From Octopus sinensis (lineage: Eukaryota), in assembly GCF_006345805.1 (NCBI RefSeq), contig NC_043006.1:71796001-71860000 (forward strand): 64,000 bases of DNA, in the 5' to 3' direction. Within the stretch, counting starts at the first letter, position 1. Every line of letters begins with the position of its first letter. Made by a program: the position numbers and the translations under genes. Below the pieces are notes generated by a model that saw only the letters and a list, made by a program, of their open reading frames with translations, was not told the DNA's origin and ran no database searches. This document shows positions 1 to 12,500 of this stretch, in pieces.

Positions 1-335
1 CTGTGAGATAAGTAGATAGTTTACCAACTACATGGTTCCAGGTTCAGTCCCACTGCATGGCACCTTGGGCAAGTGTCTTTTACTATAGCCTCGGACCAAC
101 CAAAGCCTTGAGTGGATTTGGTAGATGGAAACTGAAAGAAGCCCACCGTGTGTGTGTCTGTGTTTGTTCCCCCAACATCACTTGCCAACCAATGCTGGTG
201 TGTTTATGTCCCTGTAAATTAGCAGTTCAGCCAAAGAGACCAATAGAATAAGTATTAGGTATACAAAGAGTCCTGGAGTCGACTAAAGGTGGTGCTCCAG
301 CATGGCCACAGTCAAATGACTTAAACAAGTTAAAG
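1..335 (+). mobile_element. tRNA-derived SINE family A (partial)
   Basis: GGTTCAGTCCC B-box-like motif, gcaccttgggcaagtgtct core, (TG)n hinge, tail ggtgctccagcatggccacagtcaaatgac; about 20 related copies or fragments in the window. Confidence 0.85.
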
Positions 336-499
336 AGTATATCGTAATCAAGAGTAGTAGTCTCAGGTAGATGAGTATTAGCAGCATTTAAACCTCATTA
401 CAGTTATTGTGTTGAGTGTCTTACATAAGTTACATTACACTGTATCTGTGTGTGTGTGTGTATGAGTGCTTCACTTTACATAGAAGCAACAGTAGTTAC

Positions 500-900
500 A
501 GAAACTTCATTATTTACATTATTTACATTTGACAGATATTTGTCCTCATCTTGTTTGTTGTTAACACAACATTTCGGCTGATATACTGTCCAGCTTTCAT
601 CAGGTGTCTTGGGGAAATTTTGAACCTGGGTTCTCATTCCTAAGGTATTTTTTGATGTTGTTATTATTATTATTATTCCGGTCACTGCTTGGAATTGAAC
701 TCGGAATCTTGGATTTAGGAGCCTGCACTCTTAACCACTACACCATATGCCCGTGGCGTAGTGGTTAAGAGCATGGGCTACTAACTCCAAGATTCCGAGA
801 TCGATTCCAGGCAGTGACCTGAATAATAATAATAATACAGCATCGAAAAATACCTTAGGAATGAGAACTCAGGTGTGAAATTTCCCCAAGACACCTGATG
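500..900. mobile_element. Palindromic head-to-head element: tRNA-like head + (AAT)n + body + Penelope-type hammerhead motif
   Basis: 598-745 is the imperfect reverse complement of 754-900 around an 8-nt spacer; each arm starts TGGYGTAGTGGTTAAGAG (A-box) and has a GTTCRATTCC-like B-box. Confidence 0.8.
563..610 (-). ncRNA. Minimal type I hammerhead ribozyme-like motif (Penelope-like element type)
   Basis: Minus strand: AAGACAC-CUGAUGA-AAGCUG(10-nt loop)CAGCC-GAAA-UG-UU-GUGUU. Stem I is GACAC/GUGUU, stem II is GCUG/CAGC, the core is intact, and helix III is minimal and probably CpG-decayed. Confidence 0.6.
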
Positions 901-1036
901 TTCAACTAAATGCTTCAAAGTGGTGCCCCAGCATGGCTGCAGTCCAATGACTGAAACAAGTAAATGATAAAAGATAGATATCTTATGCTATAACCACACA
1001 CCTCTGACACTAACCAAAATGTTTGTTATATTCCAG

Positions 1037-1104
1037 GGAGGCAATTCTCAAGAATCAGGAATTATTTAAAGACAAAGTCATTGCTGACATTGGTGCTGGT
1101 ACAG
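1037..1104 (+). CDS. PRMT6: PRMT exon (R)EAILKNQELFKDKVIADIGAGT(G), SAM-binding motif I
   Basis: ttccAG acceptor, GTagat donor at 1105. Confidence 0.93.
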
Positions 1105-1824
1105 GTAGATTCATCTTTCTGTCTTCCCCATATTTTCTCACCTTGCACATCTCCCTATTTTCTGATCTGTCTATCACTTTATTATACTGCTGCTTTCCAC
1201 CCTTCCTATACTGTCACTTGTTACCTCCACCTTCGTGAGTCACTCCTATATCTTTCAGTGCCCACCCTTGCTAATATTTATCATTGACCACACCTCTACC
1301 CTTGTTCATCATTCACCTCTACAGTCACCTCTACCCCTATTTCTAGTCTTCCCAATCCCATGACTGTATTTTTTATCTTATACTCCTTGTTGTACCTTGA
1401 AAGTACATTCTGATATCTTGTCGCCAACATTTTCATCATCTTTCCAGCTAATTCCACCTAATCTTTTATAATGTTGGTTAACCATGTTACTCCTGTATAG
1501 CAAGACACTTGTGCCTGTTCCTCTATCATAATTTAGCCTCTCTACCCCTGGTATAAAGCCCTCTCATCCTCTGCTACAAATCCACTCAACCGAAGGGGTT
1601 TCTTCTTTTTGCCTTGTGAATTACTTGGCAACCTCCTTAGTGTCAGTGTCATGAAAATGTACACAATACGCTCTGTAAAGTGTTTGCTGTTAGGAAGGAC
1701 ATGTAGCTGTAGAAATCATGCCAAAACAGACACTTGAGGTTGATGTAGTCCTCCAGATTGTTGGATGCTGTCAAACTATCCAATCCATGCCAGCATGGAA
1801 AACGGGCCTTAAATGATGATGATG

Positions 1825-1859
<35 letters not shown>

Positions 1860-4800
1860 CTTGTACCAGTGGTACATGAAAAACATCATTTGAGCGAGGG
1901 CATTGCTAGTGCCACTGGACTGGCTCCTGTGCAGGTGACACATAAAAACACCATTTGAGCGTGGTCGTTGCCAGTACTGCCTGACTGGCCTTCATGCCAG
2001 TGCCATGTAAAAGCACCCACTACACTCTCGGAGTGGTTGGCGTTAGGAAGGGCATCCAGCTGTAGAAACTCTGCCAGATCAGATTGGAGCCTGGTGCAGC
2101 CATCTGGCTCACGAGTCCCCAGTTAAACCGTCCAACCCATGCCAGCATGGAAAGTGGATGTTAAACAATGATGATGATGATGAGCTGAAAAATTAAAAAA
2201 ATTTCAAGAATGACTCAAGTGTCGGAGTTTTGTGCATGATAATATGCCATACATCAAATTCAGCCCTTAAGTCACCTTTGTAACCTTTCAATTGATTGAA
2301 TGTGTGTGTATGTGTGTGTGTGTGTGTGTGTGCGCGTGCGCACGCATATATTGATACTAATATTTGTATGTTTTCTATTTCAGGAATTCTTAGTATATTT
2401 TGCATTCATGCTGGTGCCAAGAAAGGTAGGAGCCACTGTCTTAATAGTCACATTGTTTTATCAGTTATCTCTCCATCCTTGTCTTCAATCAGTTACCACT
2501 ACTCTTGTGTCCTATCGGACTCCCCATGCAGTATATTTGTAATTCCAATACATATAATGTATGTACTCTTAGTTATCCCAATATTTTTGTGTTTTATCAG
2601 TTGTCCTAATACCTCTAACCCATTACAAAGTAAGCTTTTGGAAAGTCTTTAGATAACATCTTGGTTGTGATATACATCTGGCAATGTGATGTATATATTG
2701 TACCAATAATGTATTGGTAATGGTAAAATTATTAATTAAATCCTTGTTTGCCTTTAGCTTTATCTCTTTTTATTTAATTTTACTTTCATTTTGATGGAAT
2801 AAGCCTCCTCTTTTATGCTAGTCCTAGATATGCAAAAGATGGACTGGTCACAGCTGGAATAACTTTAATCAGACATTGTGTTTGTAATTTTTTGGTTCAG
2901 TTGTGGAGCTTTTATTTTCGGTTTGATTGGCCATTTCAAAGTATTATATCATGTGATCAAATCATTGCATGCTTATTGGTCAATTTCAAACTTTGGTAAT
3001 ATTTTGTACTACATTGTTAGGCAGGAAGTTTGATTATAACAACATCCCAAACTTGGTAAACAGTCAGGTTTAGTAACTTAAGGACATTTTTCATTGATAA
3101 TAACTTACGAATGGACTTAAGAAAATTGGTTGTACACTTCCATATAGTTGATTATGTTGATTGTTTTAGGAAATGGTACTTCAGTACTTTTAGCAGTGTC
3201 TTCATTTGAACTGATTTTTGATTTGGTTGTGTAATACTTCATTCACTCAGACATTACACTTTTATTCTCAGAATAGTAAAAGAATTATGGGTTCACTTTT
3301 GTAAATGCATTTTCCTGTAACATGAGGGTACACCCTGAGATAACTTCATCCCCAATTTCTCTCTTTCTTAACTGGGTTAACCAAGTATCACTTCTACAAG
3401 ACACCCATACCTGTCTCTCTATCATACTTTAACCTCTTATCATCTGGCTACCTCCTTTGAAATTACATCCCTCAATCAAAGGATCTTGTCTTGTGAGTTA
3501 CTTGGTGACCTCACTGGTGCTGGTCATCTGGTTCCTCTTGTCTCATGGAAACAGGTCACTTTAGTGGTTTCTGTGGTGCATGAGTCTTTTTATGGAGTAG
3601 GAGTACCAGTCCTATGTCCAGCCTTCATCCTTTCTCAATCTAGCTACGTAGAATGCACCCAGTATGCTCCATGAAGTGGCTGGCATTAGGAATAGCATCC
3701 AGCCATAGAAACCATACCAAAGTAGACATTGGTGCTTAATGCAGTCCTCTGGCTTGCCAGCTCCTGTCCAGCCATCCAACTTATGCTTGCTGTGAAAAAC
3801 AGACATTAAATGTTGATGATGATATTGTTTTATCCCAAGTTGCTCAAATCCATTGCTTAAAAGCTCCCATTTTGGATTGGTGAAACTGGTTCTTGTTGGT
3901 ATTGTTTAGCTTCAGGTTAGCCTTGCTCAGCATTATAGATGCTCAACACAAACAACACAATATCTGATTAAAGTTATTCCAGCTGTGATCAGTCCATCTT
4001 TTGCATATCTAGGACTAGCATAATCCAGTATATCTTTTCTTTTTCTAAGACAGTAGGGTGTAATTTGAAGGAATCTGGCTGCTATTTCTAACAGGGTTAA
4101 TGACTGTGTAGAAGCTTCTTTGTTGTCTTTTATGTTGTGGTGTTGTGGGAGGTGTTATAGTTCAATCAATTGATAATCTCAATGTATTACTGGTACTTCA
4201 TTCCATGAACACTGGCAAAATGAAGGGTAAGCTGGATCAAGAATTCAGAATTGACAAGTTAAAACTAAATATCATTTATTTATTTATGCATCTTGCCACT
4301 TCACTGATCTCCAAACAAATCTTAGTTTAACTACATTGGCTTTTGTTTTTGTAAGTGTACTGTTGACTTTTTTAAAGCATGTCTTTATTTTTAACCACCA
4401 CCACCTCTCACTAATTCTTTCCCTCTATCTCTCTGTAACACTCACCCTCTATTTCATTCTCTATCTTTCTGACTCCCTCCCTCTATCTCTGGCTCTCACC
4501 CTCTCTGATTCTCTTTCTCTCTTCCCTCTCTGTCATTTCAGTGTACGCCATTGAAGCTAGCAACATGGTAGTTCAGACACAACTTGTCATCAAAGAGAAT
4601 GGCATGGACTCAAAGATATCTGTGATAAAAGGAAAAGTGGAGGTAAGATGGCAGGAGACAGTTTGTTGCTAGCCAGGGTAGAGGCAGGACACAATGTTGA
4701 TAAATACAATAAAGAGAACATTTGGGACAAGACACAGCAATTAAGGCAGAATACAGTGTTACCTGCAAATCTAGAAACTTGAGGAGACATGAAATAAATC

Positions 4801-7800
4801 TTTTTTTTTTATCCATTTTGTAATGGTAGAACTCAAAGTAAATAATACATGTAAATATTGGGTTAAAAAAACCCTTTGTATGAAAAAGGTTGAAGGCTGT
4901 TCCTGGGACTTGAACCCACATCATCTGTATACATGACAGACATTCTACCATTGTACCAAAGCAACCCTTCAAATTTCTTCATCCACTTTATAAGTGTGTG
5001 TGTATATGCACACATACACACACACATACATACACACACACACAAGGTGCAGAAGTGACTGTGTGGTAAGTAGCTTGCTAACCAACCACATGGTTCTGGG
5101 TTCAGTCCCACTGCATGACACCATGGGCAAGTGTCTCCTACTTATAGCCTCAGGTCGACCAAAGCCTTGTGAGTGGATTTGGTAGATGGAAACTGAAAGA
5201 AGCCCAGCATATATATATATATATATATATATATAGGGGCCAGAGGAGGCTGGCAATGGCCATGATTGGTTGATGCTTTTTACTTGCCACCAGCACAAAA
5301 GCCACATATATATATGTGTGTGTGTGTTTGTCCCCCCCCCTCCCCACTGCTTGACAACTGATGCTGGTGACTTCATGTCCCCATAACTTAGCAGTCCAGC
5401 AAAAGACACCGAGAAAATAAGTTCTAGGCTTACAGATTATAAGCCCTGGGGTCTATTTCTTTGACTAAAACTCTTTAAAGAGGTGCTCCTGCATGCCGCA
5501 GTTAGATGACTGAAATAAATAAAAGAGTAAAAGAATATATATATTTATATATATTTTCTGTTTTCTTGCAGGATATTGTTCTTCCTGAGAAAGTTGACAT
5601 CATTGTCAGTGAATGGATGGTGAGTTATTGTCTTCCTTAATGGATTTTGTTTGTATTTGTTTCATTTGTTGCTTTTCCAGTCTGGTTATTTCATTGCATC
5701 TAAAATTTCATCAACCAAGCAGACCAAAGCAAGCCAAGCTTAAAACAATGTACCCTTAGAAACGAACCCGCATTCCTCTCAAGGGGTATAACAATGGCTG
5801 TAGTAAGATTTGATCTCATCAGCTTAGGTCAGTAATCTGATAACTTAACCCACGTGTGCACAAACATTCAAACAACTAAAGTGCTTTTATTTGGAATTGG
5901 CTATACATGCTGTGAAATTTGTAGCCCTGTGTTGCCAAGGTTACAAATCATAAATTTTAGCCAGTAAAGAAATTATTATTATTATTATGATTATGATCAG
6001 ACAGTGAGCTGCCTGATTCGTTAGCACATTAACCACATTACAACAACATCCTTTGCTAAACGCTACAGCTTTAGATAATCTATTTGAACCTAGAAATTCT
6101 CAAAATATTTCCTCTACTGATTAATTTTACCTTAAAGTTCAGCTATTGTTCAGTGACCTTTTCCACTGTCCCTTTGTTCAGGCACCTTAACAAGTCATGC
6201 TGTGATATCTGCTATTGCTGCTACTATGGCTACATGACACTACTTGACAGTACTGATACTGTATACCTCAACCAACCATAACTACTAATTGAGTTGGAGT
6301 ACAAGTTAATTTCAGTAATGCTTTTTGTTGCAACACGTTGTGATACCCATGCTGGTGGCATGTAAAAAGCACCATCCAAACATGGCCGATGCCAGTGCCA
6401 CCTTGACAGGCTTTCATGCTGGTGGCACGTAAGAAGCACCAACCGATTGTGGCCGTTGCCAGCCTACCCTGGCCCCTGTGCCGGTGGCACGTAAAAAGCA
6501 CCCACTACACTCACGGAGTGGTTAGCGTTAGGAAGGGCATCCGGCTGTAGAAACACTGCCAGATCAGACTGTAGCTTGGTGCAGCCTCCTGGCTTCCCAG
6601 ACCTCGGTTGAATCATCCAACCCATGCTAGCATGGAAAACGGACGTTAAACGATGATGAAGATGACACTAGAATAGTCTGCCGATGCAAGACATTTTTCT
6701 GAACTTTGGTTATTTTCTTGTATTTGAAAAATAAAGAAATTTTCCCCAAATAGTTTACAACCATTAAACAATCTATGTAAGGTAATACAATATCTTTTCT
6801 CTGCTTTCATTTATTGCCATCACCTCCATACTTTGTGTAACTCCTCAATGGTATTGCCCAAAAGTTTTCACAAACCTCTCATTTACGCGTATTGCAATGC
6901 TTCAAACAAATTACAACATACTCTTTCTTGTGTTTTCAGGGTTACTGCTTGTTGTATGAATCTATGCTGAAGTCTGTTATTCATGCACGTGATACATGGC
7001 TCAAATCGGTAAGTAGGCACTAAACCTCCTTCTCCATTGTTTCTCTTCTTTGTTTGTTCTTCTCTCTCTCTCTCTCATATTTCTTCACTCACTTCTATTC
7101 TCCTTCTTTTCCTCTACTCTACTCTCTTGTAGTTAAAACTAAATTCCTACCACCACCACCACCATCATTAACACCACTACCACCAATAATCACCTGTGCC
7201 ACCCACAAATTCTTCTACCATTAGAACCACTACTAGCAACACCTCACCTACAATCACCACAACCAGTCACGTCACCACCACATTAACTAATAATCCCCTC
7301 TCACTACAACCACAACAATCATCATCATTGATTGTCAACACACACGGCACCATTACTACACACTACACCAGTACCACACAACATCTGTACCACACACAAC
7401 ACCAGTGCCACTTGTAATGCCAGTACCACACACAACACATCCCACTACAATCACTATTACCATCATGACACAATTACCTATTACTCTCACTACCAGTAAT
7501 ACCACCAATGACAACCACCATTGACATACTAAAATATTCTTCTATTTCAGAATGGTTATTTATTTCCGTCTACTGCTACCCTTTATATTGCCCCTTTTGT
7601 AGATGAAGATTATGAAGATAGGTAAGTACTTAACCTGCTTCTTAAATCTCAACTGTTTCTCTTTTATTTCAGCTTCTGTCTTCTCTCTTCTGTCTCATAC
7701 TTCTTCTTGGCTTCCTTCTGTTTTCTGCTGTTACATTTTAGAAAATGTTCTTTCTTTTTTTTGTTTCAATCTCTTGTCCTTCTCTTCTTCATACGCTGTT

Positions 7801-9563
7801 GCTGTGTTCTTTCATTTGTTTTCTGATGTCTTTATTCAGTCAGACAAGCTGAAACGAACAGTTATGTTCCTTACTCAATGACATCACAATATCAGTCATA
7901 AAACTTGAACCTAAAACTCTGTGGACAGTAGTTCAGCTCCTCATTCCTGCAGCAGCCACCAAGCTATCTCTTGCTTTTATACTTTAAATAAAATATATAA
8001 TCTATCTAATATATTGAGTTGAGAAACTTTGAATAAGTGAGACTTATTCATGAAATTACAATACAAAAGCTCTATGGGTGTTTAAAATCTGAAACAAGCA
8101 AGGAAGATAACTTCAATAAGGTCAGCCAATTGAAATTTTTGAAAGAAAAAGCATGAGTGCAGGTATGGCCGTGTGGTTGAGAAGATTGCTTTCTTATTCT
8201 ACTATAGCAACCCAAGGTGCTACATAGTGGTACTGAATCTGGAACCATGTGGTTGGGAAGCAAGCTTCATACCACACAGCCATGCCTGCACCAATATGGT
8301 TGACTGTGTTGATATCTTGTGTGTGACATTGTTGCTATATTGAAGGAGGTAACTGTGTTGAAATCTTGTCTGTGATGGTGACATGTTGTATTGTATGGTG
8401 AAAAGTGTGTTTTTATTTGCAGGCTTGGTCTTTGGGAAGATATGGCCAGTCGATACAAAGTTGCTATGAAAAGCATGATCCCATTTGCCAAGAAATGTAT
8501 TTCAGGTTGGTAATTTCTATTACTTCATTAACTCTTTAGTGTTTAAACCAGTTATATCTGGCCCAAATATTCTGTGTTATGTTCAAGTCAGCCAGATCTG
8601 GCCTTACACATATACTACAATGTGGCTGTGTGGTAAGTAGCTTGCTTACCAACCACATGGTTTCAGGTTCATTCCCACTGCGTAGCACCTTGGGCAAGTG
8701 TCTTCTACTATAGCCTTGGGCCAACCAAAGCCTTGTGAGTGGATTTGATAGACGGAAACTGAAAGAAGCCTGTCGTATATATGTATATATATATGTATGT
8801 TTGTGTATCTGTTTGTTTCCCCAGCATCGCTTGACAACCGATGCTGGTGTGTTTACGTTCCGTAACTTAGTGGTTCGGCAAAAGAGACCAATAGAATAAG
8901 TACTAGGCTTCCAAAGAATAAGTCCTGGGGTCGATTTGCTCAACTAAAGGCGGTGCTCCAGCATGGCCACAGTCAAATGACCGAAACAAGTAAATGAGTA
9001 AAGAGTAAAAGAGTATTATTGTGATCTCAAAGCTACCATATAATGCATGATTAATTGCAAAACAATGTGAATAAATAATATTACCTTTGACAGAGTAATC
9101 TGAAAGCTAAAGGGTTAAATCTACAGACATTGTTATAGGAAATTTGTGTTTGTGTGTGCACGCGCATGTGCACATGTCTATATGTGTGTGTGTAGGTGAG
9201 TGAGTGCATATATGTATGCATGAGAGTATATGTCTCTACATAAACTGTATAAATACATTAACTGTATAAATGTATTTTGCAAGATCTGTAGAGTAACCTC
9301 TTCACTCCTCAACGTATGACCACAATTATTTTTAAAAAATTCTTCATATTTTTCTAAATTAGTATTATATTTATCTCTCTTTCCTTCCTTACCTCCACCT
9401 GCATTTCACTCCTCTCTTTCTATCCTTACTTCCTTCTGCACTTCACTTTCCATCTCATTTCTTACTTCCAGCTGTGCTTAACACAACCCCTACCTCCTTC
9501 ATTCTCCTTTTTTTCTGAGCTTTCACATGTATACATAACACACTTTCACTTTCTCTCTCCTTC

Positions 9564-9594
<31 letters not shown>

Positions 9595-12500
9595 TGCAAT
9601 TGTGTCAAGGACCTATAATCTTTCAAGGGATGCTAGCATCCTAGTTGTCTGGTTTATACCAGTGTTCAGTGAAAAATATATGAATTCGAATATCTTTAAA
9701 TAAGCTGATATCTGCATGACAATTTCTCCATTTTCTTCCTTTTCTCATTCATTATATATACACACACGTGTGTGTGTATGGTAAAATCCATTTTCAGTGG
9801 GACTGACAACTTATTCAAGCAAAACTTAGTTCTAGTCAAAATAAATTTCATAATAAATTTATTGGATCAAATGGAAAAATCATTGTTGGAACTGACAGAG
9901 TGCCAGCATGTGTGTATGTATATATATATACATAAATTAAATTAGAGATAAAACCACTATTAGGCAAATCAAACAATGAAAAACATAAACCAAAACATAG
10001 AAATAAAAATAATTTTAATTTTAAATTTTATATATTTTGTATATTAAATTAATTATTTTTATTTCTATGTTTTGGTTTATGTTTTTCATTGTTTGATTTG
10101 CCTAATAGTGGTTTTATCTCTAATTTAATTTATATTATACTGTAAAATTAGATTTATTCCTAAATCTAATTTTTCCCTGTAAGTTTGGATTTACTCCCTA
10201 ATATTATTATTATATATATATATATTATCTGAATTTTATAGTGTTAAATATCCATCACGGCTTGTCTTACCAATCAATTTTGCGTAAAAAATATATAATG
10301 GAGTGTTTCTGACGAGCGTATTTTATATAATTGGTTTGTTGCCTTACCTCCATTATATATATTTTTACACAGAACCAATTGTTAAGACCAGCCGTATTGG
10401 ATATTTAACACTATAAAATTCAAACAATATACCCACTTTACTAACAGTTATACAAGTGCATCTTCTCCCTGACTTATGGTATCAAGCAGTATATATATTC
10501 ATATATGTTTATGCATATAAATGTGTGTGTGTATATGCAAACACAAACACACACACACTTTGTACTATCTTAATCTATTTTCAGCTAATGTCGAACTGAA
10601 ACAGCTGATGATGGAAGACATAGTTGCCCCACCAGTTCAAGTTTGTTCCTTGGCTATCCACCAAGTGACGCTACACGACATAGAAAACATTCAACAGAAT
10701 TTTGAGTTCAAATGCTACGGCTGGAATCGTGTTCACGGTTTCAGTTTGTGGTTTGACGTTGAATTCCCAGGAAACATAATACTCTCAACGTCACCATTCA
10801 CAGAGTAAGCACACAAAAGATTTTCCTGCTCTTGTTGTTTATTTTAATTTTGTTGTTGTTGTTTATTTTAATTTTCTGTCATTTGGTTTCTAAATTAGCA
10901 AAAGCAATGTCTGATATTGCAATACAAACCTCTTAGAATCCTGATTTCTGATTCATCATCATCATTGTTTTAACATTCGCTTTTCTATGCTTACATGGGT
11001 TGGACAGAATTTATTGGGACAGATTTTCTATGGCCAGATCCCCTTCCTGTCGCCAACCCTCATCTGCTTCCAAACAAGCTAATATTTTTCACAAAATATT
11101 GGAAACGAAGGACAATTGCTTGCAACTATCACACAATGTCAAAACAGAGGCAGTAACACACACACACATATATACACATAGCTGCATATGTTTATGTATG
11201 TATGTATATATATTGTGTATACAAATTGATGTAGGACTGCTACTATTATTTTTCATGCTCCATATAAATGTTCATGTTTCACTCTGTTTTCAGTATAGTA
11301 ATTACTATACTCAGTAGTATTACTAGTTATGAAATACTGAGAAAAATGTAGGAGAACTAAAATAAACATGAGTTTATATTATTATTAGTTCCATATACAT
11401 TGCAACATTACGGTCGCTTGAAGCCCTTCACTGGATGTTCCAAGTGCATTTGGATGCTTCATATCAGAACAGCTTAACCACCTGTTCTAGACTTTAAACA
11501 CCTTGTTAGACACTATTCTCAGTATAAGTTCCAGCAATACATGTTATAGAATGATACTAACACATGTTTTTGCACAACACTGGTTGGTATGGAATGTTCT
11601 CTATTTCCATTTACAAAACTGTGTCTCTTGATTACTTTGTCACATTAACACATTGGCCCCAGAATGTACATGTATGTCAACAACCCTGTATCTCTGTCAC
11701 ATTAACACACTGTATTAATACCCTATAATATACTAAGGCGGCGAGCTGGCAGAATCGTTAGCACGCCGGGTGAAATGCTTAGTGGTATTTCGTCTGCCAT
11801 TACATTCTGAGTTCAAACTCCGCCGAGGTCAACTTTGCCTTTCATCCTTTCGGGGGTCGATTAAATAAGTACCAGTTACACACTGGGGTCGGTGTAATCG
11901 ACTTAAACCCTTTATTTGTCCCCTCTATGTTTAGCCCCCTGTGGGCAATAAAGAAATAAGTACCCTATAATATACTGTATATCACCAAACCTCACCCAAC
12001 AACAACAACACCTTTTCATCAATCCAGCTAACATTGTTCTTATATGACCAATAGAAGAAGAAACCATCTGTCTCCTTATATCACTCTGTCCCACACAAAT
12101 ACCAGAAGATGATAAACCTCCCCACAAACAAACCATTATAATTATGTGTCTACCTCTCAAAAAATTTAACTAACCAAAATCATAGAACCAGAAACAGGAG
12201 CCTCCTATTTTTGTGTCTGTGATTTTGTGACATTAACACACTAATTCTAAGATGTACTGTATGTTCTCAAACTTGTCTGTCTTAACTATCTTTGTCAGAT
12301 TAACACACTGGTCCCAGGTTGTGCTGTATGTCCACGAACCATTCCAAACTGTACAGGATACAACAATCAAAGGCAAAATCAAACTGGAGAAGGGTAAACA
12401 ACCAAGGTAACAGCAATTGTGTATTATGTTGTGTGTGTTGTTCACATACCATATATATCATCATCATCATTTCACTGTTCACTTTTCCATGCCAGAATAG

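Noticed and set aside
476-685. 69-aa minus-strand ORF
   Set aside because: Lies wholly within the palindromic repeat and its (ATT)n tract; no protein features.
754-819. tRNA-like sequence as a real tRNA gene (and its mirror at 680-745)
   Set aside because: A and B boxes are present but there is no proper acceptor stem, and it runs into an (AAT)n repeat body; it is a SINE-type head.
1023-1238. ORF-track proteins 1023-1238, 2296-2652 and 10521-10808 as stand-alone genes
   Set aside because: Each is a PRMT exon plus intronic read-through; splice sites delimit the true coding parts.
7196-7417. Thr-rich mucin-like 73-aa ORF
   Set aside because: Product of an ACC/CAC low-complexity tract inside a PRMT intron, with a GTG start and no splice support.
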